Shown piece after piece: positions 40,366 to 53,690 of a stretch of DNA of 64,000 nucleotides. The translations under genes and the position numbers were made by a program. The DNA is from Octopus bimaculoides (taxonomy: Eukaryota), in contig NC_068981.1 of NCBI RefSeq assembly GCF_001194135.2, positions 76,602,606-76,666,605 on the forward strand, written 5' to 3'. The notes under the pieces were generated by a model. That model saw only the letters and a program-made list of their open reading frames with translations, was not told the DNA's origin and ran no database searches. Position 1 is the first letter of the stretch; every line of letters begins with the position of its first letter.

Positions 40366-40613
40366 CAACATAATGTGACTGCTCTGTAAGGGACGATATT
40401 ACTGTTGTTTTAGCCCCGTGAAACATCGTTTCTAGCTAGCTATACGACACACTATCTGTGTCCTAATATTTTCGAACAGGGAGTTCAGCATTCCCACTCC
40501 CTGTTCGAAATATAAGGACACAGGTATTAGGTCGTTTAGCCAGCTAGAAACGGTGTTTCTTGGGGCTAAAACAACTGTAATATCATCCCTTACAGGACAA
40601 CCACATGATGTTG
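40366..40613. repeat. 248-bp foldback (MITE-like palindrome)
   Basis: Arms 40366-40484 and 40496-40613, about 85% complementary by hand count, 11-nt loop. Confidence 0.9.
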
Positions 40614-40663
40614 ACAAATAGCATTTACTTATTTACTTCAAAATTATACATACATACATGCAT

Positions 40664-40704
<41 letters not shown>

Positions 40705-42843
40705 NNNNNNNNNNNNNNNNNNNNNNNNNNNNNNNNNNNNNNNNNNNNNNNNNNNNNNNNNNNNNNNNNNNNNNNNNNNNNNNNNNNNNNNNNNNNNNNN
40801 NNNNNNNNNNNNNNNNNNNNNNNNNNNNNNNNNNNNNNNNNNNNNNNNNNNNNNNNNNNNNNNNNNNNNNNNNNNNNNNNNNNNNNNNNNNNNNNNNNNN
40901 NNNNNNNNNNNNNNNNNNNNNNNNNNNNNNNNNNNNNNNNNNNNNNNNNNNNNNNNNNNNNNNNNNNNNNNNNNNNNNNNNNNNNNNNNNNNNNNNNNNN
41001 NNNNNNNNNNNNNNNNNNNNNNNNNNNNNNNNNNNNNNNNNNNNNNNNNNNNNNNNNNNNNNNNNNNNNNNNNNNNNNNNNNNNNNNNNNNNNNNNNNNN
41101 NNNNNNNNNNNNNNNNNNNNNNNNNNNNNNNNNNNNNNNNNNNNNNNNNNNNTATGTAGGTATATATATATAATCGACTATGTAAACAGAAGTAGGAATT
41201 GGTATAACTCTTTATTTTGCACCACGACCTTTTCGACCTGTTCTGCGACTGTCCTTTATGAGTGGGATGCTGTGCATCATATTATGTTACATCAGTTTTG
41301 CAGTCTAGGTCACATCAGGTATATTTCTGCATAAAATTATGTCTCGTTAAAGATCTTAAGTTTGGGCTGACATGTCATTATTTGCCCACTTAAATTAGGG
41401 ATGAGTTAGGGGATGAGTCAAAACGATCGTCGTGCAAAATAAATCATCAGTTTATTTAATCGATTATTATCTCAACTAACGCTGCGGAATTCCTGGAGTA
41501 GTTCCAACAGAAATATACCCCAACTGCGGATGACACCAGGTAGCCCAAACTCTGCCAGTTCTCTACTAAACACTTCTACACACTATTCGACATATGGTAA
41601 TTAGTCCAAAATATTACACACTGGCGCGCGCGCACACACTCATGTACACTCACGCATACACACACATACACACATATATGTGTATATATAAATATATACA
41701 TATTTATATATGCATGTATGTGTGTATATACAACGCTGAATCTCGGAGAAGATACAGCTATACATAACAGTGGGTAAATACTGTATTTAAAAAGTGGCTG
41801 CGTGGTTCGAAACCTCAGCTCTTTTGTCAAACCAATATCTACAGATTATTTATAGCTTTATATCCTTCGAGATTCACTATTGTAATAAAGTTTTTCACAT
41901 TCTCGAAGTTTATAAATTCATATGACGTAAATACTCTCTCACACACACACATATATACGCACACACACACACATACACATATATACGCACACATGCATCT
42001 ATGTGTGTGTGTATGTGTGTGTGTGTATCTATGCATGTCTATATACAAACATGTACAGACAAACACAAAGATACACGCACACATATACATACATACATAA
42101 AAGATTTTTCGAAATTATCCATAAAAAATTCGTTTCCATTAAAAAAGTATATCTTTAGAAGAACAAGCAAATTTCAAGACAAATATTAGTATACAAGAAC
42201 AAAGACTAATGCAGTTATTTTTTAGTTGCTTTAAATATATTATAATAAAGATAGATGTAGATAAAATATAATACTCTATATTAAATTGATGTTCAAAATT
42301 GGTTTTATGTATGCAAATAGTTCTTGAAAATATATAAGTGTTTTCAGTATGTTAATCAAAATATACTAGTTATGAGAACACTTAAACAGAACGCGCTTGC
42401 ACAAATGTTTGTATGTATGGATATGTAACTCGCGCACAGGTATGTCTTTAGATGTGTGTCTATGTCTCTGTGTATGCATATATGTTTTTAAACATTGATG
42501 TGTGCTTCAGTAATTGCATGTGTTTATATGTCTCCTCGCGTTTATGTCTGTGCTTTTCTTTATATAACACACACACATGTATATATACATATGCATACAT
42601 ATATCTATATACATACATACATATATACATACATATATATATACATACATANNNNNNNNNNNNNNNNNNNNNNNNNNNNNNNNNNNNNNNNNNNNNNNNN
42701 NNNNNNNNNNNNNNNNNNNNNNNNNNNNNNNNNNNNNNNNNNNNNNNNNNNNNNNNNNNNNNNNNNNNNNNNNNNNNNNNNNNNNNNNNNNNNNNNNNNN
42801 NNNNNNNNNNNNNNNNNNNNNNNNNNNNNNNNNNNNNNATATA

Positions 42844-42894
<51 letters not shown>

Positions 42895-43290
42895 ATACAT
42901 ATATACACATATACATATATTTATGTATGTACATATATGTAAATATATATATGCATATATGTATGTATGTATGTATGCATGCATGTAGGTATGTATGTGT
43001 GCATGCATGCATATATGTATGCATGTATGTATGCATGTATGTATGCATGTATGTATGTATGTATAGAAGAACGAACAGAAATATATGTGGTGTATTCCAG
43101 AAGTTTTAAGACCTTTTAGGAGAGGCAGTTAATATCTGTTGTAGATTATTGTAATTTTAGTATATCATTGCTATATACCTAATAAGCTGACCTGCCAGCT
43201 TACGTTATTCCAGATTGAAGAAGACGTCTGTAACAGCGCTTTGAACTCACCATACTAAACATTGCGTGTCATAGCTGATTAATTTGTAGA

Positions 43291-43456
43291 ATGCTGTCGG
43301 AACGTTTTGAAGCACACTATGCAATAATGTTTTGTGTAACTCTACAGAAACTTATGAAATGCTTCAGACTTCCTATGGTGTAATTCTTTCGTAATCACAA
43401 GAGGTTCAAGGACAGTAGAGAGGAAGCGAGGGACTATGACAGTTGTGGAAGGAAGT
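43291..43456 (+). mobile_element. mariner transposase N-terminal (HTH) remnant
   Basis: MLSERFEAHYAIMFCV / STETYEMLQTSYG / HKRFKDSREEARDYDSCGR, frameshifted. Confidence 0.65.
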
Positions 43457-43854
43457 GACCTAGTAATAAATCAAACAAACGTAGCGTTTTATGGTTTAAT
43501 TCAGTATTCGATTGCGTGTAGCTTCTAAAATTGCTAGATAATTTTGCTCTACATTAGACAGACATTTCCCTGAATACAGTAGATATTATGAAACTTTTGG
43601 TGAAATTGTGATATGCTATATCAAATAATCTTGAATACCATATTCATAAATTATATAAAATTGAAAATAGCAAGCGTCAGCTCTGAAAATATCGTCTGGA
43701 ATAACGTATGTCCACGGTGTAGAGAAGACAATAATACTGGGGAGCGAAATCATAAGTATCTGGATTATTCTAATATAAGTACAAATATTGATATTAGCAT
43801 AAATAATAGGAGTAACAACGGGAACAGGATAAAACTAATGATCCTTTCTTATAT

Positions 43855-44054
43855 AAGAACAAGGGCTGAAATTTTGGGGGAGCGGTTCAGTCGATTAATT
43901 CGACCCCAGTATGCAACTGGTACTTAATTTTTCGACCAGAAAAGCTGAAAAACAAAGTCGACCTTGCTGGAATTTGAAGGCAGAACGTAAAGACAGATGA
44001 AATGCCGCTAAGCTATTTACCTAGCATGCTAACGATTCTGTCATCTCGCCACCT
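43855..44054 (-). mobile_element. tRNA-headed SINE, family A
   Basis: Conserved family blocks. Confidence 0.85.
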
Positions 44055-44074
44055 GAAGTAAATACTACTAATGA

Positions 44075-44263
44075 TTTCAAATTATGGCCAGCAAAGTTGG
44101 GGGAAGAGGTAGTTGATTACATCAACCCCAGTACTCGCCTGGTGCTTATTTCATTGAGACCAAAAGGATGGAAGGTGAAATTTTATCTCAGAACGTAAAG
44201 ACGAACAAAACTCCTCTAGGCGTTATATCCGGCGTGCTCATGATTCTGCCTGCTCACCGCCTT
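44075..44263 (-). mobile_element. tRNA-headed SINE, family A (adjacent, internally deleted)
   Basis: Conserved family blocks; same orientation as the neighbouring copy. Confidence 0.8.
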
Positions 44264-44429
44264 AATGGGTAAATATTAATAATAATAACACGGTGAATAA
44301 CAGCAATGAGCATAACGGAAATAAAAGTAATAGAAATTATAATCACAATAATAAGAAAGATATAAAATAGAATACAAGAGAAGACCTGCTTACAAACAAT
44401 AATACAGAAGATGGAACTATAGACATAAG

Positions 44430-44750
44430 AATGCATGTCCTATGAAGGATGACTAAAACATAGAAACATTATATATAAATGTACTGTAAAACAAGTGCAC
44501 ATACATATGCATATATAGGTACAACTTGGAACATCTTCAAAGACCACTGGAGGAACCATGCTGAAACATTTCCTCATAATATACAACACACAACACACAT
44601 CACTCGCAGATCACATCTGGAACCTCAAATGGACAGAAATACATCACAGAACTTCTTTGTCGATACTACGAAATGCAACATCATATGACTATACTCAAAA
44701 GCAGGCCAGGTAAACTCTGCCTAGAAGAAACACTTGAAATAATATTAATT
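44430..44750 (+). mobile_element. Penelope-like GIY-YIG endonuclease remnant
   Basis: RHKNACPM...NIIYKCTV...YAYIGTT.NIFKDHWRNH...SLADHIWNLK...LCLEE resemble the PLE endonuclease. Confidence 0.65.
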
Positions 44751-46029
44751 ACAGATAAAATAATAAACAAACACTTGGAGATTATTTTACCATGTAACCA
44801 TGAGTTTAAAAGCTCATTTTGGAATTTAGAAATAATATATAATATTCAATAAGATATCATTGCTGTATTTACTAAAAGATATACTTAAAATTCGCTGATT
44901 ACTTACAATAGCTAAATTGTATTGCTGTTTACCAGAATTATGTTGATTATGTGATAAGTGTAATAATTTGCATGTATCTATAATCTTGTAGTTGTATCAA
45001 TCAGTCATATACTCGAAAATGCTATATTGATGTTTCAGCATCATTACTTGTACTTTTAAGTTATATTATTTATATTACTGTCCAGATAAATTGTATAATC
45101 TGATCTGTTCGGTGTAGTAGCTTAGGAGAAAGGGAGTGACTATAGAACAGACATATTTACCCTGATGGAATATCAGAACATAAGAGGAAAATGATTGGCA
45201 AAATGACATGTAGAGAAGCAAATGGCTGAGAGCAAAAATGTAGGTATATTTAGATATATTTACAGGTATATATTGATATATACACAATAGTGCGATGTGA
45301 AAATAAAATATGCTAACGTGTGTAAGGAATGCGTCAGAGGGAAAACTACTGATTTAACCTAACGCTATGAAAGTGAGAGGAACCGCCAGTATTATGCATG
45401 CATGTATGTATGTATGTATGTATGTATGTATGTATGTATGTATGTACGTATATAGATGGGTATGTAGATAGTAAATATATCTAACAGATATTTACAAAAG
45501 CGGAAATATGTTTACGATAAAAAGGACCGAATTTTAGGTTTGGTTAATCTATATATATATACAATTGATTTTCGTTTCCAATGTTTAATTATGATCTATT
45601 TATTTTGTGATATATATTTTTTGTTTTTCCTTCCATTACGGCATATCCATTTGAATCTATGTGTTACTCTTTATCGAGGGAATGCTAAACATAGGATATG
45701 AATATAAAACAATAGGAAACTGAACTCGATCCAGCAGTGCTCTCAAAGCCATTCACTTGATGACGTGCATGTACACTGCTACTGCTAGATCACATTTATT
45801 TATATAACATTTACACAGCGGTATGATATTGAAAACTCAAAAACTAATTACCAATGCACAGAAACAATTGTTGCGATTTGTGATTAAAACCTGTTCATTC
45901 TATTTTCATTCCATACATATATCAGTTTCACTCTAGTTCCGCCACTCTTTCAACTATATACCTCTCTTCATGTCTCTTTCTTTCTGTCTCACTTTCTCTC
46001 TTTCTTTCTCTCTCTCTCTCTCACTCTGT

Positions 46030-46096
<67 letters not shown>

Positions 46097-46266
46097 TATA
46101 TATGTATGTATGTATATGTATGTATATACATATATATATAAACGCACATATATGTACGTAAAGAGCTGGTTATGTGTGTGGGTGGCTGGGTGTATCCTAT
46201 GCAGAGGATGTTTCCACGTGTGTATAAATTTTAAGTTCAAAAGTATGCATATATACATACATGTAT

Positions 46267-46308
<42 letters not shown>

Positions 46309-47228
46309 ACAATTTTGTATATATTCTTATATATACACACGCATACGAACACATACATGCATTCACTCACACATACTACTGAATGTACATTCATGAAATA
46401 TATTCAGTTTGGGAAATTTAGTAATGTTTAATAACATTGTAAAATACATTGGCTAAAATACAAAAAAATATTACAATAATTAAAATTATTAATTACAAAC
46501 TTTACGATCTTAACTTTTGGCCATTACTGTTTTTTAAATCAATTATAATCATTCACTAGAATCTCATACCATTAATGCGCAAGGACTGAATAGAAGCAGA
46601 CGTTCGACAGACAGAACATTTGCACTAACGTGAAAAACCTCATACTTTGTTGATTCATGCTATCTATTCTATTTTATGTCTCCATTTAGCGGACATCATC
46701 TACTCTGTATTTTATACATTAAAAAGTCGATCAAATGTGTCCTATTGACGTGTCAGTAGAAGTAAAATGGCTGGTTGAATACAATAGAGAACGTGTATTT
46801 ACTTATTCGTGCTTATTGTTCTTTTTTTATTTTGTCTGTTTTTCTATTAGTTTTGCTATTTAACCCTTGGTTAGATCAGACAAAGTAAACCTATGACGAA
46901 ACGAATTCCAGCAACGACCTTTTCATCTGACTCTCCGCTATTTCACATCTATGATTGTATTGTCAACTGTGTCTCTACTCTGAAGACGGTAGGTAATATT
47001 ATTTGAGAGTTAACTGCTGCTATTTTTGAACAGGTGGAGCAAGGACATACTGGTTTTCAATCCTGCAACTAAAGATTTTTTTTTTTATCTCAGTGATGTT
47101 AAGCTCCGGTTGAGCTTATCTTCCATCAATGATGTCCAAGTCATGATAATCTCAGATGCTAATTCTAATACTTTGAGCCACCACGCTCATGCTCGTCCTT
47201 TCGCTCTAGCGTTTGTGTGAGGGATGGA

Positions 47229-47340
47229 GTATGTGTGTGTGTTTGTGTGTGTGTATTTGTGTGTGTGCGTTTGTGTGTGTTTGTGTGTGCCTGTGCGTTT
47301 GTGCTTGTTTGTGTGTGTGCTTGTGTGTGTGTTTGCGTGT

Positions 47341-47372
<32 letters not shown>

Positions 47373-47439
47373 TTGCGTGTGCCTATGTGTGTTTGTGTGT
47401 TTGTGTGTTTGTGTTTGTTTGTGTGTGTTTGTATGTGTG

Positions 47440-47490
<51 letters not shown>

Positions 47491-47505
47491 TGTGCATGTG
47501 CATGT
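47229..47505. repeat. long degenerate (GT)n/(GTGTTT)n microsatellite
   Basis: Directly visible. Confidence 0.95.
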
Positions 47506-48769
47506 GCTTGCTTTGATGGCCCTAGATAGGTTGACATTTCCTCTTGCTATTTTCTTTCAATCAAAATATAACATTGCTTTATTCTCATTGTTTTTTAATC
47601 CTGCTAAAATGCGCGGTAGACGCCAACTAAAACATTTATTTGTAAAGTGTTACATATTCAGAGCTACATCATTCATTGCATTGTTGTTTTTATTTTTTAC
47701 AACGGTAGGTTGTGGTTTGAGGGCGGTGCATCTTTATTTCATACTGTTAGATCAACCATGTGGAGCTTTCCTCATTAACAATAAATATAATTTTCCCACA
47801 TATCTGACAAACGTATTCAAAAGACTATTAGTAAGGCGGTTTCAGTTTTATTTTAATAAATTGTGAACGTTGTAATAAATAAAATTTTCTCAGCAGTTTG
47901 ATTTAATGACCTCATTTTAATGTTAGTTTGTACGATGTCTGCTTCTAGTATTGCCATTCTCAATGGAATGACCACGGTATAAACTTTCGTATTTCCTTTC
48001 CGGAAAAACTTAGGATTCATGCCAACATGGGGAAGCTAAAGAAAAAAAGTAATAATAAATAAAACAACGTTCAAATGTTCTCTCACTAAAAGAGTGGAAA
48101 ACTACTAGGTATTTGTGAATGTTTAAACTTTTGAAAAGACAAAATATATTGTATTACCTTAAATTCGTCAGAGATATAGAAGGAATAAGACAAGCAGAAG
48201 AAAAACGATGTTGTGAATTTTGTATATTTTCTAAGATCAAACTGATGAATGTTCAATTTGTTTTCTTGGTAAGTGGAAGCCAAGGTGGAAATTAGGGGTT
48301 TTCAGGATGGTGAAGCTCTGTGGAGGATTGATTTAGCAAACTGTTGCATTGAGAATTTGTGAAATGAGACATAGAAGAGATGGCAACTGAAAGAAAATAA
48401 TGAATGCATCAGGTAAGGTGATGGCGTAGAGGATGAGTATCTCAGACAAGTTCAGATGATCAGAGGTCATTTAGTAATGTCTGTAAAGATACTGAATGAG
48501 CATTACATTTATGAACTAGATGCGACAGTATATGGCACGTTAATATCTATTAGTCATCCCAAATGCTTGTGTTTGGATGCTGAATCATGCAAGTAGTCTT
48601 ACGAGAACAATGCTGAGATGTGTAGAGGAGTTTGGAAAATTATTTCCTGCGTGTCAGTAGATGCAGGACTGCCAGCGTTTAGTATTTTTATTTACTTGAG
48701 TTGTTCACGAAAGATTATCGGTAATTGTTCAGTCTTGCATAATCCTAAAATACATTTTTTAAAGTGTAA

Positions 48770-49000
48770 TTAAAGACTCATGGTCTGAGTCAGTCGTACA
48801 ATAATCCCGTGGTACAGTGTGTATGAGGATGAGAGAGAGGTGAAGCGGTGAAGCAAAGTTTCGAAGGAGTATATTGTGTATATTGAAGTTTACGTAAAAG
48901 TAAGTAAAACGTACGAATCTATCTTAGTTCATGAGTGGCAGGCGAATGGAGGGTGCAAAGTTAAATTACTCAATATTAATTGGTGGATAAGAATCCTTGC
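48770..49000 (-). mobile_element. possible old LINE APE remnant
   Basis: Weak ILSNLTLHPP (GDFNxH-like) and DSDH motifs. Confidence 0.25.
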
Positions 49001-50316
49001 AAATGGTCCAGTATGAATACATGATTTGTTTTTCGAAAGTTTATATTGTAAATCTTGCAAAGATACAGAAATGTTTCCTAGTTGGTAGGAACATGAAGTT
49101 CCCTCCAAATGTTTGAGTCATTACAGACCAGTTGTACAACTTCAACACAGCTACGACTGAACATCATGGACGCCCGAAGGTTATGAGCTTCGATTAAGTG
49201 AATGGTGTGAAGTGTACGGCAGCAGGAAGATGGTACCGGTGATTCCTTCGGGTGTTTTTGCTGACTCACGGGTGAAACTCATTTTCAGCTCTTATTGAGT
49301 GGACTTGAAATACGAAGAGATTCTAAATTTATTGTGGCAGTAATAAAATATTCAACTGATGCTTTTGATATGCAAAAGTTATAGAAAAGGTACGGTGAGG
49401 GACCATGTGGGGGAAGAGTCTGAAGAATGTGAAGTAACGAGCATGTACATTTACATAATGGTTCTTTCATCATATTTCGGCATGTGCAATGAAGGCTATA
49501 CTTCCTCAATGAACTCAGAATGATATCGGAAAATGTATGAAGTTGTCACTTGAACTTGTTGGGAAACTGAAAATATTAGCCATTGAGTTGTAATCATTCT
49601 TTTTCTTCGGATATTTATTTCTTGTTTCTTTTCTTTAAATTTTCCATGCATTAATGTTGTTAACATCATCTTAACTGTGGATATACACGTAGTCAAATCA
49701 ATCAAAGAAAACTGCGTGCATAGTAATTGTTTTCTTCAAGCAAGCACGTTAAGCTATTGCATAGTAAAGAAATCAATGCAAAAAGAATTAGACGGAAACT
49801 ACAAAAGTTACCTTTATATTTAGGTGTGTATATGATGTTTTTATTGAATGAGCGATGAGTTGCATTAAGATACCTCCATCCAACTAGAAATATAAACTTC
49901 AGTCTCCAAGAAATTCTATTCAAGTGTGTTTCTAATTGCCTTGGGCGTTACTTCCTTATCTTCCGCTAGCACTAAAGAAAAATTATCACAATATACATTC
50001 AGAGTCATTCAGAAGTCTTTAGGATTAATACAAATCGGTTAACGACTGAGGTCAATTGAAGCCTGTTGAGCTTCTTAACATACAAGTGGATTTCTCACTC
50101 CCTATCCTAGCCTCACATCTTCTTTGCTCTGCATTCATGACTTCCCCGATCGCAGTCTCATTTGCTACCACACATGAGGCATTCAAGGATCCCTACCATT
50201 CATACCTCCATTTATCTGGACCATCAGTTGTGGCTGTAATGGGTATATCCAGACAACTGAACAGAATTACTATTGTCATGTGCCATGTTTAGGAGTATCG
50301 ATATTCTCTCTCTTTT

Positions 50317-50365
50317 GTTCTGAGTTCAAATGCGGTCAGGGTCGACTTTGCTTTTAATCCATCTA
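50317..50365 (+). mobile_element. SINE family A fragment
   Basis: GTTCTGAGTTCAAAT...GGTCGACTTTGCTTTT, truncated. Confidence 0.65.
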
Positions 50366-50374
50366 GGGTTAGGG

Positions 50375-50511
50375 TTAGCCCTGTTTTTTTTCTTGTGCAT
50401 ATATAGACGTGTGTATGAAACTTTTATGTGTGCGCGCGCGCGTGTGCGAGCGTCTATGTGGGTATGTATATATTTTTGGGCAAATGTGTGGGTGAGCATG
50501 CGTGTTTTTCA
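50375..50511 (+). repeat. ~135-bp direct repeat, copy 1
   Basis: Aligns with 51510-51638. Confidence 0.85.
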
Positions 50512-50835
50512 GACTGTAACCTCCTTGATCATTATACGTGGGGAGCAGTTGAATAAGAGATCAACAAGCATCCTTGTAACACCAAAGATGAATTGAAAGC
50601 AAGAATTATGGCACCATTTACCAACTTAAACAAAGAGATCATCCACATGAGTTGCAGAAGATTCCGGTGGAGATACTGGAGGCCGAGGTTCAAACCAATA
50701 GCAATTTTGTTGAATAAATTTACTTTTTAATATTTCAAGATATTTTTATGTAATTTTGGTAAATATATCTGTGAAAATGAAATGCCAGTGTTATTTTCAT
50801 TTTAGCGTAATTTAGTCAACAGTCACCGCACCCTG
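50510..50835 (+). mobile_element. Tc1/mariner transposase 3' end with right TIR
   Basis: DCNLLDHYTWGAVE*EINKHPCNTKDELKARIMA (SPDLNP..W-like); ends ...CACCCTG followed by TA. Confidence 0.8.
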
Positions 50836-50846
50836 TAAATACATAT

Positions 50847-50917
<71 letters not shown>

Positions 50918-51406
50918 TGCGAAAAACAAGCTAAATTGAGATGACTTCTACTATATAACTTTACACAAACTCATTTTTTGCAGCAAAACAGTAAATACAA
51001 ATAAAAAACGAAAGCGAGACAATTTCTTTGTTCTGTTGTTGAAATAACATGATCAGATTTTAAATTTTATTCCTTGCTATTATTCTAATCAAACAATTCT
51101 AGTTATTTAAATTCACAACATTCGGATGCTGGCTCCGATCTTCGAGATTATGATATCACAGTCTGTGCAAAAACATATAATAATTCAGATAATGAACTTA
51201 TAAAACACGCGCGCGCGTGTATGTATGCGTGTGTGCATACATGGCGCTGTTCAAGAAGCTTAATGCTAAACTAACAACGTGCTTTTGATCTCAATCGCAC
51301 AGCAAATAACTTAGATAAGCGTTTTTCAATTTAACTCCAGTTTCCTGCATGATAATTATGCGGGATCTCATCGCATTCAAACAAACACACAAAATATGTA
51401 TGTCTG

Positions 51407-51448
<42 letters not shown>

Positions 51449-51509
51449 TGTGTTTTACTCTTATTGCTTATTTTTAACACTTTTTTACAAATTTTTCTGT
51501 ATTTTGCCT

Positions 51510-51638
51510 TTAGCTCTGTTTTTTCTTGTGCATGTGCATATATAGACGTGTTTTGTGCGTGCGCGTAGGTGTGCGAGCGTGTATGTGGGTATGTATATAT
51601 TTTTGGGCGAATGTGTGGGTGAGCATGCGTGTGTTTCA
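51510..51638 (+). repeat. ~130-bp direct repeat, copy 2
   Basis: Aligns with 50375-50511. Confidence 0.85.
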
Positions 51639-52184
51639 AGTGAGGGTGGATGAGTATATACATATAGGCGCATGTACGTGGGTGTGCGGGCGCGCGTGTG
51701 TATGTATGGCCATGCGCTTACGCGATTACTATGAACATTTTTACTCCCTTACCTTGACTCCCTCCCCTTACTTAGCGGTCATTCTAATAGCTCTTTTGTC
51801 TTAATAACGGTCAATCACACAGTAATTTCCCTTTGTTTAACGGTTATTTTCATAGCATATTTTTCGATGGCCCGATAACAGAAGAGATGCCGGCGTGGGT
51901 TTCCGCCCCGACATTCGAAACTCAGAGTTTTATCATGTCAACCGTATAATTGTCACATATTATATTTACAGATGAATTCCTCTATTTACATTATATCGAG
52001 GTCTCTTTCATTCTTGTTTGTCTTACCAATTCTATCAATATATATTTATATGCAATATGTATATATATATATGTATGCATGTATGCATATATATATATAT
52101 ATATATATATATANNNNNNNNNNNNNNNNNNNNNNNNNNNNNNNNNNNNNNNNNNNNNNNNNNNNNNNNNNNNNNNNNNNNNNN

Positions 52185-52323
<139 letters not shown>

Positions 52324-52847
52324 TGAACCTATGTATATATGTATGTATACATTTATAATTCAGTGTTTTTTATATACATAATATTAACGAGCATTGACTA
52401 TTTAATGGACTCGATACACATATAGGATCTATTACTCATAATTTCATTGACAGCGACTTCAATGTTTCGCTTGATATATGACGTATCATAGTTTCAGTAA
52501 TCCACTTGTCATGTGAAGCGTTTAAGTCAGTCAGTGAAATCATGATGTATGGATGTGTGTTTATGTGCCTGTGTCGATATATGTTTTAATATTTCATAGT
52601 GTAAAACTCAGGGCTAAGTTAAGCACTTTTAAGTCACACTGTAACGTATCGATATGACCGACTAAAATTATTCTAATATTGGGGCCCCAATTGGGGATAG
52701 CAGAGGTCTAATGAATGAAACCAGTAAAGCGTATATAAAAACTTATTGACCATTAATTCATGAAATAATCTGGAGCTTTATGTTGGTTACATTGACTCCA
52801 TTGAATTTCAGAAAAGTGATTCAATGATATGTCAATTAATTGGCAAA

Positions 52848-53005
52848 TTAATAATGTGCCGACTAGATGAACAATTTAATAAAGTATTCAGTGGGTGGCC
52901 CATATGATAATTTATCGACTGAGTGGTTAAATTAATATTATATCAAATAGCTGAGCAATTTAATAATGTGTTAAGCGGGTGGTGTATAATAATGTGTTTA
53001 GTAGT
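52848..53005. repeat. degenerate ~28-bp tandem repeat (6 units)
   Basis: TTAATAAT-like starts at 52848, 52876, 52905, 52932, 52960 and about 52986. Confidence 0.6.
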
Positions 53006-53545
53006 GATCACTCTAATTGTGTATCGGAACTGTTGTCTACTAATTAGATAATCGCAGTTGACCGAAGTTTTACAACTCTTTATATTATATGCATAAGACC
53101 CTTTTGCATTTGAATTTAGTAAGCAGAACGATCACCTGAGATATTTCTTCGTCATATTGCTTATATTTATAACAGGTGTTACTACTTTCCTTCTATTGTT
53201 ATCGATATCCCGATCACACATATTTTTTCCAACTGAGAAGTGGTCTAATAAACCCGGCCAGATTCACATTAATAAGCAATTGCTATGTTATTCTTCAAAA
53301 CTATCTATCAGTATTATTTTTTCTTTATTTCAAGCAACTAAAACACGTGATATTGCCTTTTAATTGCTTGAATAATCTTAGTCAATCGAACTTTTTAAAT
53401 CGCAGTGCGTTACATATATGAGAACCTACTGTATTTTTATTCGGTATACAGAAATTTACCACGAGGTATTTTTTCTGTAATATTATTAATAAAAAACCTA
53501 TAGAGTGGATAAATAATTTAAGAATATCCCATCTAGTTCGCCAAG

Positions 53546-53628
53546 TTAATATTATGCCACTTGTTGAGCAGTCTAATAATGTGTCAACTGGATGAGCAGT
53601 TTAATAAAGGGCTAACCTGTTGACTAAT
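53546..53628. repeat. degenerate ~28-bp tandem repeat (3 units)
   Basis: Starts at 53546, 53573 and 53601; same unit type as the 52.8 kb array. Confidence 0.55.
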
Positions 53629-53690
53629 CAGATGATTGGCATTAGACGTTAATCTAAATTTTGTGCAAACGACACGGCAATATTAATATA

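Noticed and set aside
41215-41265. Further minus-strand hammerhead-like motif (CTCATAA...GAC..GTC GAAA)
   Set aside because: Two core substitutions plus broken stems I and III; too degenerate to call.
50363-50378. Interstitial telomeric TTAGGG
   Set aside because: Only about 2.5 units; expected by chance or as junction slippage.
51850-51950. GC-richer patch as a coding exon
   Set aside because: Weak donor, and no recognisable peptide on either strand.
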